From Alphaproteobacteria bacterium (GTDB lineage Bacteria > Pseudomonadota > Alphaproteobacteria > UBA828): a stretch of 64,000 nt of DNA. The DNA lies in NCBI GenBank assembly GCA_965221125.1, contig CBDCRW010000006.1, positions 96,001 through 160,000 on the forward strand, given 5' to 3'. The translations under genes and the position numbers were made by a program. The notes under the pieces were generated by a model. That model had not been told where the DNA came from and did not search any database. It saw nothing but the letters and a program-made list of their open reading frames with translations. This document shows, one piece after another, positions 21,055 to 30,535 of this stretch (positions are counted from its first letter, which is position 1; each line of letters begins with the position of its first letter).

Positions 21055-21345
21055 CTACTCGCTCGCCGCGCGCGCGCTCTTCACCTGGCGCTTGATGCGC
21101 CGCGCACCCTGGGAGAGCCGGTCGTCCGAGGTCCTGAGCAGGTAGTTGTCGAGCCCGCCGTGGCGCTCCACCGTGCGGATCGCGCTGGTCGACACCTTGA
21201 GCCGCACCATCCGCCCGAGCGATTCGCTGTGCAGCGCCTTGTCGTGCAGATTGGGCAGGAACCGCCGGCGGGTCTTGTTGTGGGCGTGGCTCACGTTGTT
21301 GCCGGTCAGGACGCCCTTGCCGGTCAGCTCGCAGCGGCGTGCCAT
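21055..21345 (-). CDS. rpmB: 50S ribosomal protein L28
   Basis: [33 protein letters not shown]. Confidence 0.98.
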   Translation of the reverse strand: MARRCELTGKGVLTGNNVSHAHNKTRRRFLPNLHDKALHSESLGRMVRLKVSTSAIRTVERHGGLDNYLLRTSDDRLSQGARRIKRQVKSARAASE

Positions 21346-21375
21346 GGGTCTCGCTCCGTGCAGGAAAGAGCGGGC

Positions 21376-21404
21376 TATTTAGAGGGTGCACGCGAGTCCG
21401 TCAA
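21376..21404 (-). promoter_or_regulatory. Putative sigma70 promoter of rpmB
   Basis: Minus strand TTGACG-N17-TAAATA about 30 nt upstream of the rpmB ATG. Confidence 0.55.
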
Positions 21405-21456
21405 GCGCGCGCACCAGCGCGCCACCAGCGTTCGCGCGACGCATTCCCGCCCCGCC

Positions 21457-21484
21457 CTTGACCGTGCGCGCGGAATACCCACAT
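21457..21484 (+). promoter_or_regulatory. Putative RpoH (sigma32) promoter of hslVU
   Basis: CTTGAC-N15-CCCACAT, close to the CTTGAA-N15/16-CC(T/C)ATAT heat-shock consensus, upstream of hslV. Confidence 0.6.
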
Positions 21485-21519
21485 GGTGCGGCGCGGCACA
21501 GCGGCTTCGGCAGGAGGAC

Positions 21520-22083
21520 ATGAGCGAGGACGAACGACGCGGCGGGGCGGTGTGGCACGGGACGACCGTGCTTTCCGTCCGCAAGGGGGGCCAGGTGGTC
21601 GTCGCGGGCGACGGCCAGGTCACGCTCGGGCAGACGGTCATCAAGGCGAACGCCCGCAAGGTCCGGCGCCTCGGCGAGGGCAACATCGTCGCGGGCTTCG
21701 CGGGTGCGACGGCGGACGCCTTCACCCTCTTCGAGCGGCTCGAGGCCAAGCTGGAGCAGCACCCCGGCCAGCTCACCCGTGCCTGCGTCGAGCTTGCGAA
21801 GGACTGGCGCACGGACCGCTACCTGCGCCGGCTGGAGGCGATGATGGCGGTCGCCGACGCCGAGGCCTCGCTCGTGCTCACCGGCACCGGCGACGTGCTG
21901 GAGCCGGCGGACGGGCTGATCGGCATCGGCTCCGGCGGCTCGTACGCGCTGGCCGCCGCGCGGGCGCTGATCGATGTGGAAGGCCTCGACGCCGAGGCGG
22001 TCGCGCGCCGCGCCATGGCCATCGCCGCCGACATCTGCATCTACACCAACACCGAGATCGTGCTGGAGAAGATCGGGTCATGA
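21520..22083 (+). CDS. hslV: ATP-dependent protease subunit HslV
   Basis: AGGAGG RBS; [11 protein letters not shown] with catalytic Thr, [20 protein letters not shown] and ADICIYTN. Confidence 0.97.
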   Translation: MSEDERRGGAVWHGTTVLSVRKGGQVVVAGDGQVTLGQTVIKANARKVRRLGEGNIVAGFAGATADAFTLFERLEAKLEQHPGQLTRACVELAKDWRTDRYLRRLEAMMAVADAEASLVLTGTGDVLEPADGLIGIGSGGSYALAAARALIDVEGLDAEAVARRAMAIAADICIYTNTEIVLEKIGS

Positions 22084-23390
22084 CGAGCTTCAGCCCTCGC
22101 GAGATCGTCTCCGAGCTCGACCGCTTCATCATCGGCCAGGACGACGCCAAGCGCTCGGTCGCCATCGCGCTCCGCAACCGCTGGCGCCGCCAGCAGCTCG
22201 CGGACGACCTGCGCGAGGAGGTGCTGCCCAAGAACATCCTGATGATCGGGCCGACCGGCGTCGGCAAGACCGAGATCGCGCGGCGCCTCGCGCGCCTCGC
22301 CCAGGCACCCTTCATGAAGGTCGAGGCGACCAAGTTCACCGAGGTGGGCTACGTCGGCCGCGACGTGGAGCAGATCGTCCGCGACCTCGTCGAGGTCTCG
22401 ATCCACATGACCCGCGAGCGCATGCGCAAGGAGGTCGCCGCCAGGGCCGAGCTCAACGCGGAGGAGCGGGTGCTGGACGCGCTCGTCGGCAAGAACGCGG
22501 CCAAGGAGACCCGCGGCAAGTTCCGCAAGATGCTCCGCGACGGCTCGCTCGCCGAGAAGGAGGTGGATATCGAGGTGAGCGAATCCGCGGCCTCGTCGCT
22601 GCCGACCTTCGACATTCCCGGCATGCCGGGCGCCCAGATGGGCATGGTCAACCTCGGCGACATGCTCGGCAAGGCTTTTGGCGAGCAGAAGAAGATCAAG
22701 CGCATGTCGGTCGAGGACTCCTACGAGACCCTGATGGCGGAGGAGAGCGACCGCCTGCTGGATCAGGACGTGGTCGTGCGCAGCGCGCTGGAGAGCGCCG
22801 AGAACGACGGCATCGTCTTCATCGACGAGATCGACAAGATTTGCGCCCGCTCGGACCGCCTCGGCGCCGACGTGAGCCGCGAGGGCGTGCAGCGCGACCT
22901 GCTACCGCTGATCGAGGGCACCACGGTCACCACCAAGCACGGCGCGATCACCACCGACCACATCCTCTTCATCGCGTCCGGCGCCTTCCACCTGGCGAAG
23001 CCGGCGGACCTGCTGCCCGAGCTGCAGGGCCGGCTGCCGATCCGGGTCGAGCTCAGCTCGCTCGCCCGCGACGACCTGAAGAAGATCCTGACCGAGCCCG
23101 AGAACAGCCTGATCCGCCAGTACCGCGCGCTGATGGAGACCGAGAACGTCACCCTCGACTTCAGCGACTGCGCCATCGACGCGCTCTCGGACCTCGCCGC
23201 CGAGGTCAACCGCGCGGTCGAGAACATCGGCGCGCGCCGGCTGCACACGGTGATGGAGAAGCTGCTGGAGGAGATCAGCTTCGAGGCCGCCGACCGCTCC
23301 GGCGAGACCATCACCATCGATGCGGCCTACGTGGAGGCTCACGTGGGCGACCTCGCCAAGGACGCGGACCTCAGCAAGTTCATCCTCTGA
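22080..23390 (+). CDS. hslU: ATP-dependent protease ATPase subunit HslU
   Basis: ATGA overlap with hslV; [33 protein letters not shown] and ENIGARRL. Confidence 0.98.
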   Translation: MTSFSPREIVSELDRFIIGQDDAKRSVAIALRNRWRRQQLADDLREEVLPKNILMIGPTGVGKTEIARRLARLAQAPFMKVEATKFTEVGYVGRDVEQIVRDLVEVSIHMTRERMRKEVAARAELNAEERVLDALVGKNAAKETRGKFRKMLRDGSLAEKEVDIEVSESAASSLPTFDIPGMPGAQMGMVNLGDMLGKAFGEQKKIKRMSVEDSYETLMAEESDRLLDQDVVVRSALESAENDGIVFIDEIDKICARSDRLGADVSREGVQRDLLPLIEGTTVTTKHGAITTDHILFIASGAFHLAKPADLLPELQGRLPIRVELSSLARDDLKKILTEPENSLIRQYRALMETENVTLDFSDCAIDALSDLAAEVNRAVENIGARRLHTVMEKLLEEISFEAADRSGETITIDAAYVEAHVGDLAKDADLSKFIL

Positions 23391-23447
23391 TCCGGCGCGC
23401 CCGCCGCTCCGGGCTGCAGGACGAAAGCGGGATTCGGCGGCGGCGTG

Positions 23448-23711
23448 TTTTTGCTGGAAAAGCCGAGATTTTCCGAGACAAGGCGATATATACCGAGACA
23501 AAGTGGGATATTCGAGGGCAAAGAGGTGGGATAATCCGAGACAGTCTGGGACGTTCCCGGATGCCGCGCGGCCCATGACCTTGGTGAGAAATGCGGCCTG
23601 GGCCGCGAGCGCCTATGCTGTTTCCGCCCGTCGTGGCGTTCTCGTTGCCGTGCTGCATGGCGCGATGATGGCGCACCCGCCGCCCGCCGTGCACCGCACC
23701 ATGGTCCGGGG
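23448..23711. mobile_element. Gene-less (MITE-like) copy A of a putative novel element with conserved ends and a degenerate 10-bp-phased repeat array
   Basis: Left end TTTTTGCTGGAAAAGCCGAGAT is 19/22 identical to 49234-49255. Right end CGCCGTGCACCGCACCATGGTCCGGGG is 25/27 identical to 50077-50103. Both copies are in the same orientation. Confidence 0.6.
23460..23562. repeat. Degenerate 10-bp-period tandem array (about 10 units, NNNCCGAGAY / NNNGTGGGAT)
   Basis: aagccgagat tttccgagac aaggcgatat ataccgagac aaagtgggat attcgagggc, then a 3-nt shift, then gaggtgggat aatccgagac agtctgggac gttcccggat. Confidence 0.7.
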
Positions 23712-24204
23712 AAACTTGGCGGAGTCACCCTTGGAAATGCAGTAGGCGACGCCTCTTACTTGTCTTCCAAGCTCTCTGGAAAGGAGGCTTGATGGCGTCT
23801 AGCTTATCTGCTCCTAGCGGCGATATGCGCCTCCAGCACCGCCAGCGACGCGCCGAGGCAGTAGTGATTGCCGCGCCCGAATGGAGCCTCCTCTCACTCA
23901 AATCCCAGAGTGCTAATCGGCGCGCGAGTTGGACGCCGATCGGCGTGCTAACTCATTGATCTGGCATGACTCGGTAGGGCTAAAATTGGGCGCCGAACAG
24001 CACATTTGACGTGGCCACGCTGGCGACATAGTGCGTGTACCCCGTCGCCAGCTGCCTGCGGTCCGGCTCCATCGCGGCGATGACGTTGCCCTCGGTTCGA
24101 TCCTCGCAGGGGTGAGCGCTTGAAAATTTCGCGCGATCCAGCAGGGCGCTGCACACCTGCGCGAGCACTGAGCTTGCAGGCGGTAGGGTTGAACAGCAGT
24201 ATCT

Positions 24205-26685
24205 GTGCACGGCTGGATGCCGCGCGTCGCGTGTGCCGTGAGACCGAAAGAGAGCGGAACGATCGACACCTTCTACGCCGATCTCGGCGAGGTCATCGAG
24301 TTCGACGAGCGCCTGGCGGCGCTTTCCGGGCTGATCGAATCGGTGTCCCGGCCCGGCGACTACTGCGTTCATGGGCGCCTGTTCGCCCCGATGCCGCGCA
24401 TCGAGGCCGGCACGGCCGGCGTTCTCTCGTTCCCGATTCCGCAGTCGCAGGCGCAGGCCCTGGTCGCCGATGCGGACCGCGCGCCCTACGGCAGAGGCCA
24501 GGAGACCATCGTCGACCCGTCGGTGCGCGATTGCTGGCAGCTTGCGCCCGCAAGAGTGCGCATAGGAGGCCGGGCCTGGGCCGACACATTCGGCGACATT
24601 CTCGACCGGACCACCGTCGGCCTCGGCTGCCCTGAGGGCGCCGTCACGGCGGAGTTGTACAAGCTCCTGATCTATGAGCCGGGCGGCTTCTTCGCGCCCC
24701 ACCGCGACACGGAGAAGGCGGACGGCATGGTGGCGACGCTGGTCATCTCGCTGCCCGTGCCCGGCGCAGGAGGTGAGCTGGTCATTCGCCACCAGGGCCG
24801 CGAAACCGCGGTCGACATGAGGACCGACGAGCCGTCGGAGCTGGTCTACGCCGCCTTCTACGCGGATTGCGAGCACGAAATTCTTCCCGTCACGGACGGC
24901 CATCGCGTTTGCCTCGTCTACAACCTGATGCTGCAGGACGGGAGCGACGCGCCGTTGGACGCGCCCGACTACGGCGCGGAGATCGACCGTATCGCTGCCG
25001 AACTTGGCGCCAGATGCCGCGATCCCGGCGCAAGCGGGAAGCTGGTCTGGCTCCTGGAGCACGATTACAGCGCGGCGGGCCTCTCGTTCGGCGCGCTGAA
25101 GAACGTGGATGCGGCGATCGGGCGCGTGCTGACGGCGGCGGCGGAGCGCGCCGGTTGCGCCTTGCACGCGGCGATCGTGCGCGTGGAGGAGACGGGTGCG
25201 GGTTGGTACGACGGTCACGCAGACGTGGTCGAGGACGTCGCCGACGACGCGTTCGAGCTCTACGATATCGTCGACGTCGATTGCCGGCTCGACGGTTGGG
25301 CGCGCCCGGACGGTGCTCCTGCTGACTATGGCGATCTCCCGTTGCTGCCGGGGGAGCTGATGCCGGCGGGCCGGCTCGATCCCGGGCGGCCCGACAGCCA
25401 GCGGCTGTTCGAGGCGAGCGGCAACGAGGGCGCGACGATCGAGCGGTTCTACCGCCGCGCGGCCCTGGTCGTCTGGCCGAAGGCGGACAGCGCGCGCCTT
25501 CTGGCGCAGGGCGGTGCAGGCTCTCTTGCGGCGTTTCTTGCGGAAGAGTGGCAGCGGGCCTCGGAGGGCGCGCCGACGTGCGGTCCGATCCGGAACCTGG
25601 CATCCCAGGCGGTGGACCTCTGGCCCTCGTGCGAGTCGCGCCTGAGGCGGTCGGAAGGAGACAGCTGGGAAGGACACAGCGCGCGAGCCCTGGAACTGCT
25701 GTGCTCCATCGGCAACCGGGAGGCCACGGCTCGCTTCCTGAGCGACGTGGTGCTGCCCAACTACGACGGCGAGATGAACCGTGCGCTGGTGGCCGCTGCG
25801 GCCGAAATGGGCGTCGGCGAGACGGGGGCGTTCCTCAGCGCGCTTGCTGCATCCAGGACTTCGCTGCAGCCCGAGGGCATCGTCGACCTCGCGAGCCGGC
25901 TCTGCGAGAGGCTGGACGACGGCAATGACGGAGCCTGGCACGATGCGCTGCGGCAGATGGTCGCGACCGTCTGCACCCGGATGCCCTCGGTTCACCGCCC
26001 GTCGAAGCGCGACGACTACGACGGCTACGTCGACCCGTACCATTGGCACGCGCCCGTCGAGCCCGTCCCCCTGCCGACGGCCACGCTACGGCATTTCTTC
26101 CTCCTGCTTCGACGCTTCGACATGGAACGCGAGGCCGACGCCGCGGCGTCGCTGTTCATAGAACGCGCGGATCTGGTGCCGCCGGACCGCACGATTCCGG
26201 CCCTCATGGAGGCGCTGAGCGCGGAGCGGGGAGAGCCGTTCCGGGCCAGTCCCGCCGTCGGCGCGCTCTGGCTTCACGGCGCGCGGGTCCTGCTGTCGCG
26301 CAGCCGGCTCCCGCCCGCTCCTCCGACGGACTGGATCATCTCGGCGGAAGGCCTGTCCTGCGATTGCGAGCATTGTGCCGAGCTTCGCCGGTTCTGTGCG
26401 GACCCTGGCTCCCAGACCCTGCGCATACCCGTCCGCAAGGAGCTCAGGCGGCACCTGCGGCGTGAAATCGAGCAGGGCAAGATCGACATCGTCTGCGAGA
26501 CCGAGAGGTGCGGCAGGCCGTTCACGCTCGTGTGCGCGAAGACCCGCGGGGCGTTCGAGAGGCGGCTTCGGCAATACGAAGGAGACGTCGCCGCGATGCG
26601 CCGACTGCACGATGCTTGCGGGTCCGTCCCGGGCTCTGCCGACACGGAGCGCGCACTTCGAGACGCGATTGCGAGAACCCACTGA
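24205..26685 (+). CDS. 2OG-Fe(II) oxygenase domain protein with long C-terminal extension (start codon uncertain)
   Basis: APYGRG.ET.VD.SVR..WQ, LYKLLIYEPGGFFAPHRDTEK (HxD), GGEL.IRH and FYADCEHE..PV..GHR..LVYNL; C-terminal CDCEHC motif. Confidence 0.82.
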   Translation: MHGWMPRVACAVRPKESGTIDTFYADLGEVIEFDERLAALSGLIESVSRPGDYCVHGRLFAPMPRIEAGTAGVLSFPIPQSQAQALVADADRAPYGRGQETIVDPSVRDCWQLAPARVRIGGRAWADTFGDILDRTTVGLGCPEGAVTAELYKLLIYEPGGFFAPHRDTEKADGMVATLVISLPVPGAGGELVIRHQGRETAVDMRTDEPSELVYAAFYADCEHEILPVTDGHRVCLVYNLMLQDGSDAPLDAPDYGAEIDRIAAELGARCRDPGASGKLVWLLEHDYSAAGLSFGALKNVDAAIGRVLTAAAERAGCALHAAIVRVEETGAGWYDGHADVVEDVADDAFELYDIVDVDCRLDGWARPDGAPADYGDLPLLPGELMPAGRLDPGRPDSQRLFEASGNEGATIERFYRRAALVVWPKADSARLLAQGGAGSLAAFLAEEWQRASEGAPTCGPIRNLASQAVDLWPSCESRLRRSEGDSWEGHSARALELLCSIGNREATARFLSDVVLPNYDGEMNRALVAAAAEMGVGETGAFLSALAASRTSLQPEGIVDLASRLCERLDDGNDGAWHDALRQMVATVCTRMPSVHRPSKRDDYDGYVDPYHWHAPVEPVPLPTATLRHFFLLLRRFDMEREADAAASLFIERADLVPPDRTIPALMEALSAERGEPFRASPAVGALWLHGARVLLSRSRLPPAPPTDWIISAEGLSCDCEHCAELRRFCADPGSQTLRIPVRKELRRHLRREIEQGKIDIVCETERCGRPFTLVCAKTRGAFERRLRQYEGDVAAMRRLHDACGSVPGSADTERALRDAIARTH

Positions 26686-27005
26686 CCGAGAAGCGCCATG
26701 CTCCCAACGTCATTCGAGCTGCTCCAGGGATCAACCACGACAGAAGTGTCCACTGATCAGGCGTGGCGCGGGGCAGGAGGGTAAGGATTGCGCTTACCCT
26801 TGAGAGCACCGCGTCTACTGTCAGAACGACACTGGATTGACCGAATGCCAGGCGAGGAGAAAACGACGGAGGAGCTGGCTCGCCATGGCCGACCGACCAA
26901 TCGTCTCCCAAGTGCAACAGGCCGGGTGAGCGGGGCAAGGCTCTCTTCGACCTGCTCGACCGTCATGCGGAGGCGAATGCTGTCGAACCCGTAGCGGAGA
27001 GGCGT

Positions 27006-27659
27006 TCAACCCTCGTGTGGCGCACTCCCCGGAGCGCCGATCATCGACAGGAACTCCCGCCGCGTCGTCGGGTCGTCGCGGAAGCAGCCGAGCATGCGGC
27101 TGGTTACCAGACTGACCCCCGGCTTGCGGATACCGCGCGTGGTCATGCACTGGTGCGCCGCATCGATGACCACGCCGACGCCACGTGGCATGAGCACGTC
27201 CTGGATCGTGTCCGCGATCTGCGATGTCAGCGCTTCCTGGATCTGCATCCGCTTCGCGAAGACCTCGACAACGCGCACGAGCTTGGAGATGCCCACGACC
27301 CGTTCCGCCGGCAAGTACCCGACATGCGCTTTTCCCAGGATGGGAACGATGTGGTGCTCGCAGTGGGATTCGAGGCGAATGTCGCGCAGGACGATCATCT
27401 GGTCACAGGCGGCCGTCTTCTGGAGCGTCGTGGCCAACAGAGCGGCCGGGTCTTCGCCGTATCCGGCGAAGAATTCCTCGTAGGCGCGCACGACACGATC
27501 GGGCGTTCCCTTCAGCCCCTCCCGGTCGGGATCGTCCCCGGCCCACTCGATCAGCGTGCGAACGGCGGCCTCCGCCTCGGCGCGGCGCGGCCGACGACGT
27601 GCTGCCGACCCGCCGCGCGATGGGGTCGAGGTTCGATGCTCGACAACTGTACTGTCCAT
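27006..27659 (-). CDS. folE: GTP cyclohydrolase I (Zn-dependent type IA)
   Basis: REGL..TP.RV, SHCEHH, VVGISK, QIQEALT and HQCMTTRG. Confidence 0.95.
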   Translation of the reverse strand: MDSTVVEHRTSTPSRGGSAARRRPRRAEAEAAVRTLIEWAGDDPDREGLKGTPDRVVRAYEEFFAGYGEDPAALLATTLQKTAACDQMIVLRDIRLESHCEHHIVPILGKAHVGYLPAERVVGISKLVRVVEVFAKRMQIQEALTSQIADTIQDVLMPRGVGVVIDAAHQCMTTRGIRKPGVSLVTSRMLGCFRDDPTTRREFLSMIGAPGSAPHEG

Positions 27660-27719
27660 ATCCCGGCCTTTCGTCGATGTCGGGCCGCCCCGGATAGCGG
27701 CTTTTTTGCGAAATACTGC

Positions 27720-27742
27720 GGAATGTTATAATGTATCTTTTC
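27720..27742. promoter_or_regulatory. Zur box between the divergent folE and zur genes
   Basis: GGAATGTTATAATGTATCTTTTC matches 18 of 22 defined positions of GAAATGTTATAnTATAACATTTC; AT-rich patch in GC-rich DNA. Confidence 0.75.
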
Positions 27743-27766
27743 TGCACCGCAAGGTTGAGACAAGCG

Positions 27767-28273
27767 ATGACGAAGCCGCCGACCCGACCCCGGCTCTGCA
27801 CCGATACGGACCGCCGCGGGCGGCGCCCGGCGCGCGAAAGGGTCGCGCTGGCGGTATCGATTTGCGAGAGACGCGGCGTACAGATGACGGCGTTGCGGAG
27901 GCGTGTGCTGGAGCTGCTTTGGGCGAGCGGTCGGCCGACGGGCGCCTACGAGTTGATCGAGGCGATCAAGCCCAGGAATTCGCGTCCGGTCGGGCCGCCG
28001 ACCGTGTACCGGGCACTGGAGTTTCTGATCGCGCAGGGCCTCGTTGCCAGGATCGAAAGCCTGAACGCCTACGTCCCCTGCGCCCATCCCGAGCGAGACC
28101 ACGACTGCCTGTTCTTCATCTGCGGCGGCTGCCGGGTATCGGTCGAGCTCGAGGATCCGCGGATCGGAGGGCTGCTTGCCGAGGATGCCGCCGCGCTCGG
28201 GTTCGTCGCGACACGTCGCACGGTCGAGATCCAGGGCATGTGCGCGCGCTGCGCGGCAGCCGGGGCGGCCTAG
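27767..28273 (+). CDS. zur: Fur-family regulator, Zur-like
   Basis: T.LRRRVLELL, GAYEL, PPTVYRALEFL..GLV.RIESLNAYVPC, FFICGGC and C-terminal GMCARC. Confidence 0.85.
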   Translation: MTKPPTRPRLCTDTDRRGRRPARERVALAVSICERRGVQMTALRRRVLELLWASGRPTGAYELIEAIKPRNSRPVGPPTVYRALEFLIAQGLVARIESLNAYVPCAHPERDHDCLFFICGGCRVSVELEDPRIGGLLAEDAAALGFVATRRTVEIQGMCARCAAAGAA

Positions 28274-28369
28274 GCGGGAGCGAGGGGCTCCACCCATGGA
28301 GTGCCGGTATCGGGAGGGACCGTCGCGGCGGCCGGGCGTGAGCGCCACCGCTCGGCAGGGAGCGCCGGC

Positions 28370-28504
28370 ATGAAGGCGCGGCACACGCCCTCGATCCGGC
28401 TGCTGCCGCTCGGCGCCAGCGCCCGGCTGCTCGGCGCGGCCCTGATCGTCGCCGCGCTCTGGGGCGCGTTCTTCTGGGCGACGTCCACGCCGGGTGGGCC
28501 ATGA
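28370..28504 (+). CDS. Small membrane protein (44 aa) preceding the zinc ABC ATPase
   Basis: MKARHTPSIRLLPLGASARLLGAALIVAALWGAFFWATSTPGGP; one TM helix; GGGAG RBS; ATGA overlap with the next gene. Confidence 0.6.
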   Translation: MKARHTPSIRLLPLGASARLLGAALIVAALWGAFFWATSTPGGP

Positions 28505-29244
28505 CCTACGCCCTCAAGTTTCAGGACCTGAGCCTCGGCTACGACCGGCAACCGGCCGTGCATCGCCTGCAGGGCGAGATCGCCGAGGGCAGCCTGACGG
28601 CTATCGTCGGACCCAACGGGGCCGGCAAGTCCACGGTGTTGAAGGGGGTGACCGGCTCGCTCCGCCCGCTCGAAGGACGGATCGCCTTCGGCAGGCTCGC
28701 GCGGGATGACATCGCCTACCTGCCGCAGCAATCGGACGTCGATCGTTCTTTCCCGATCGTCGTCTCCGACCTGGTGGCGATGGGCCTCTGGCGGGAGATC
28801 GGCGGCTTTGCCGGCTTGCGCGCCGTTCACCGCGAACGCGTCGCCGAGGCGATTTCCGCGGTCGGCCTCGACGGGTTCGAGGGACGGCCGATCGGCTCGC
28901 TGTCGGGGGGGCAGGTACAGCGCGCGCTCTTTGCCCGCCTGCTGCTGCAGGACGCACGGCTCGTCCTGCTCGACGAGCCCTTCACGGCAATCGACGCGAG
29001 AACGGCGGCGGACCTGATCGGCGTGGTGCGGCGCTGGCACGGCGAAGGCCGCACGGTGCTCGCCGTCCTGCACGACGTCGACACGGTGCGGGCTCACTTC
29101 CCCCGCACGCTGATGCTGGCGCGCGAACTCGTCGCTCATGGACCCACGGCGCAGGTGCTGACGGCCGAAAACCAGTTCCGCGCGCGCCAGATGTGCGAGG
29201 CCTGCGCCGGCCCCCCGCACACATGCGGGCGTGACGCTGCATGA
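28501..29244 (+). CDS. Zn/Mn ABC transporter ATP-binding protein (AztA/ZnuC-like)
   Basis: GPNGAGKST, AYLPQQ, LSGGQVQR, LLDEPF and VLHD. Confidence 0.92.
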   Translation: MTYALKFQDLSLGYDRQPAVHRLQGEIAEGSLTAIVGPNGAGKSTVLKGVTGSLRPLEGRIAFGRLARDDIAYLPQQSDVDRSFPIVVSDLVAMGLWREIGGFAGLRAVHRERVAEAISAVGLDGFEGRPIGSLSGGQVQRALFARLLLQDARLVLLDEPFTAIDARTAADLIGVVRRWHGEGRTVLAVLHDVDTVRAHFPRTLMLARELVAHGPTAQVLTAENQFRARQMCEACAGPPHTCGRDAA

Positions 29245-30110
29245 TCTGGGAGTTCCTCGTCCAGCCCTTCGCCGATTTCGGCTTCATGCGGCGCGCGCTG
29301 ATGGGCTGTATTGCGATCTCGGTCGGCGCGACTCCGGTCGGGGTGTTCCTGATGCTGCGCCGCATGAGCCTGACGGGCGACGCGATGGCCCATGCGATCC
29401 TGCCGGGTGCGGCCGTCGGCTATCTCGTCTCGGGCCTCTCTCTCGGGGCGATGACCATCGGCGGGCTGATCGCGGGCATGGCCGTGGCGCTCCTCGCGGG
29501 CTTCGTGACCCGGGTCACGGCGCTGCGCGAGGACGCGAGCCTCGCGGCCTTCTACCTGATCTCGCTGGCGGTGGGCGTGCTGATCGTGTCTACCCGGGGC
29601 AGCAACGTCGACCTCATGCACGTGCTCTTCGGGACCGTGCTCGCGCTTGACGACGACGCCCTGATCCTGCTCTGTTCCATCGCGAGCATTTCGGTCTTCG
29701 CGCTCGCGGCCCTGTTCCGGCCGCTCGTGCTCGAATGCGCGGACCCGCAGTTCCTGCGCTCGGTGAGCGGGCTCAGCGCCGTGACGCATTTCGCGTTTCT
29801 TGCCCTCGTCGTGGTCAACCTCGTGGCCGGCTTTCACGCGCTCGGCACGCTGATGGCCGTCGGCATCATGATCCTTCCCGCCGCCGCCGCGCGGTTCTGG
29901 GCAGTCGGCATCGGCGCCCTGATCGCCGTCGCGGTCTTGGTCGCGATGCTCTCGAGCCTGACCGGCCTTCTGCTCTCCTACCACTTCAGCCTGCCGTCCG
30001 GGCCGGCGATCATCCTTGTCGCGGGTCTCGCCTACGCGCTGTCGCTGGTCTTCGGACCGGTGGGCGGTCTCGCCACGCGGGCCTTCCCGCGCCGCCATCT
30101 CGAAGCATAA
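29241..30110 (+). CDS. Zn/Mn ABC transporter permease (AztB/ZnuB-like)
   Basis: FMRRAL, LRRMSLTGDAMAHAILPG, DLMHVLFG and PSGPAI. Confidence 0.92.
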   Translation: MIWEFLVQPFADFGFMRRALMGCIAISVGATPVGVFLMLRRMSLTGDAMAHAILPGAAVGYLVSGLSLGAMTIGGLIAGMAVALLAGFVTRVTALREDASLAAFYLISLAVGVLIVSTRGSNVDLMHVLFGTVLALDDDALILLCSIASISVFALAALFRPLVLECADPQFLRSVSGLSAVTHFAFLALVVVNLVAGFHALGTLMAVGIMILPAAAARFWAVGIGALIAVAVLVAMLSSLTGLLLSYHFSLPSGPAIILVAGLAYALSLVFGPVGGLATRAFPRRHLEA

Positions 30111-30290
30111 GTGGCTTGGTTCGGCGCCCGGAACCGCCGTCAGCCTGTGTCCCGGCCGCAGAGCCGCAACACGTGCGGGCATGACGGAGTGGGTGCAAGG
30201 GAGAGGTGAGCCCCTTTATGCGGACGCACTCCGCTTGCCGGGCGCTCCGACCGCTCCCATGTCTCGCCCGACACCGAACCGAGGCCCACG

Positions 30291-30395
30291 ATGGAACGCG
30301 TTGGCGTCACCGAGGCCAGACGGCACCTGCCCCGGCTGCTCGACCGCGCAGCCCAGGGCGAGAGCCTGACCATCACGCGCCACGGCAAGGATATC
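30291..30395 (+). pseudogene. Truncated Phd/YefM-family antitoxin
   Basis: MERVGVTEARRHLPRLLDRAAQGESLTITRHGK is a Phd/YefM N-terminal domain. Similarity and GC-rich composition end at about 30390, and no toxin gene follows. Confidence 0.7.
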
Positions 30396-30535
30396 CCACG
30401 CAGTTTTCCCTCACCGACGAGCGTGACGCTTACTTCAAAGCGCCACATGCAGATAATATGCCTGTTTGCGAGCTTACTAAACGTACTCCGTCAGTACCAA
30501 AATAAATCAAGGCTGTTTTTGTGGCTTACCCTTAT

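Noticed and set aside
20707-23390. Long N-terminal extensions on hslV (458 aa) and hslU (635 aa)
   Set aside because: Artefacts of stop-poor GC-rich DNA; RBS and motif positions give starts at 21520 and 22080. The same applies to the ORF calls at 34876-36810, 43390-45027, 44412-45467 and 52142-53665.
23891-23916. Functional CIRCE element
   Set aside because: The left arm is degenerate, spacing is 8 rather than 9, and no chaperone gene follows; kept only as a possible relic.
24019-24052. 9-bp inverted repeat GCTGGCGAC/GTCGCCAGC as an attC site or IS end
   Set aside because: Short, GC-rich, single occurrence, with no attC core or transposase; could be chance.
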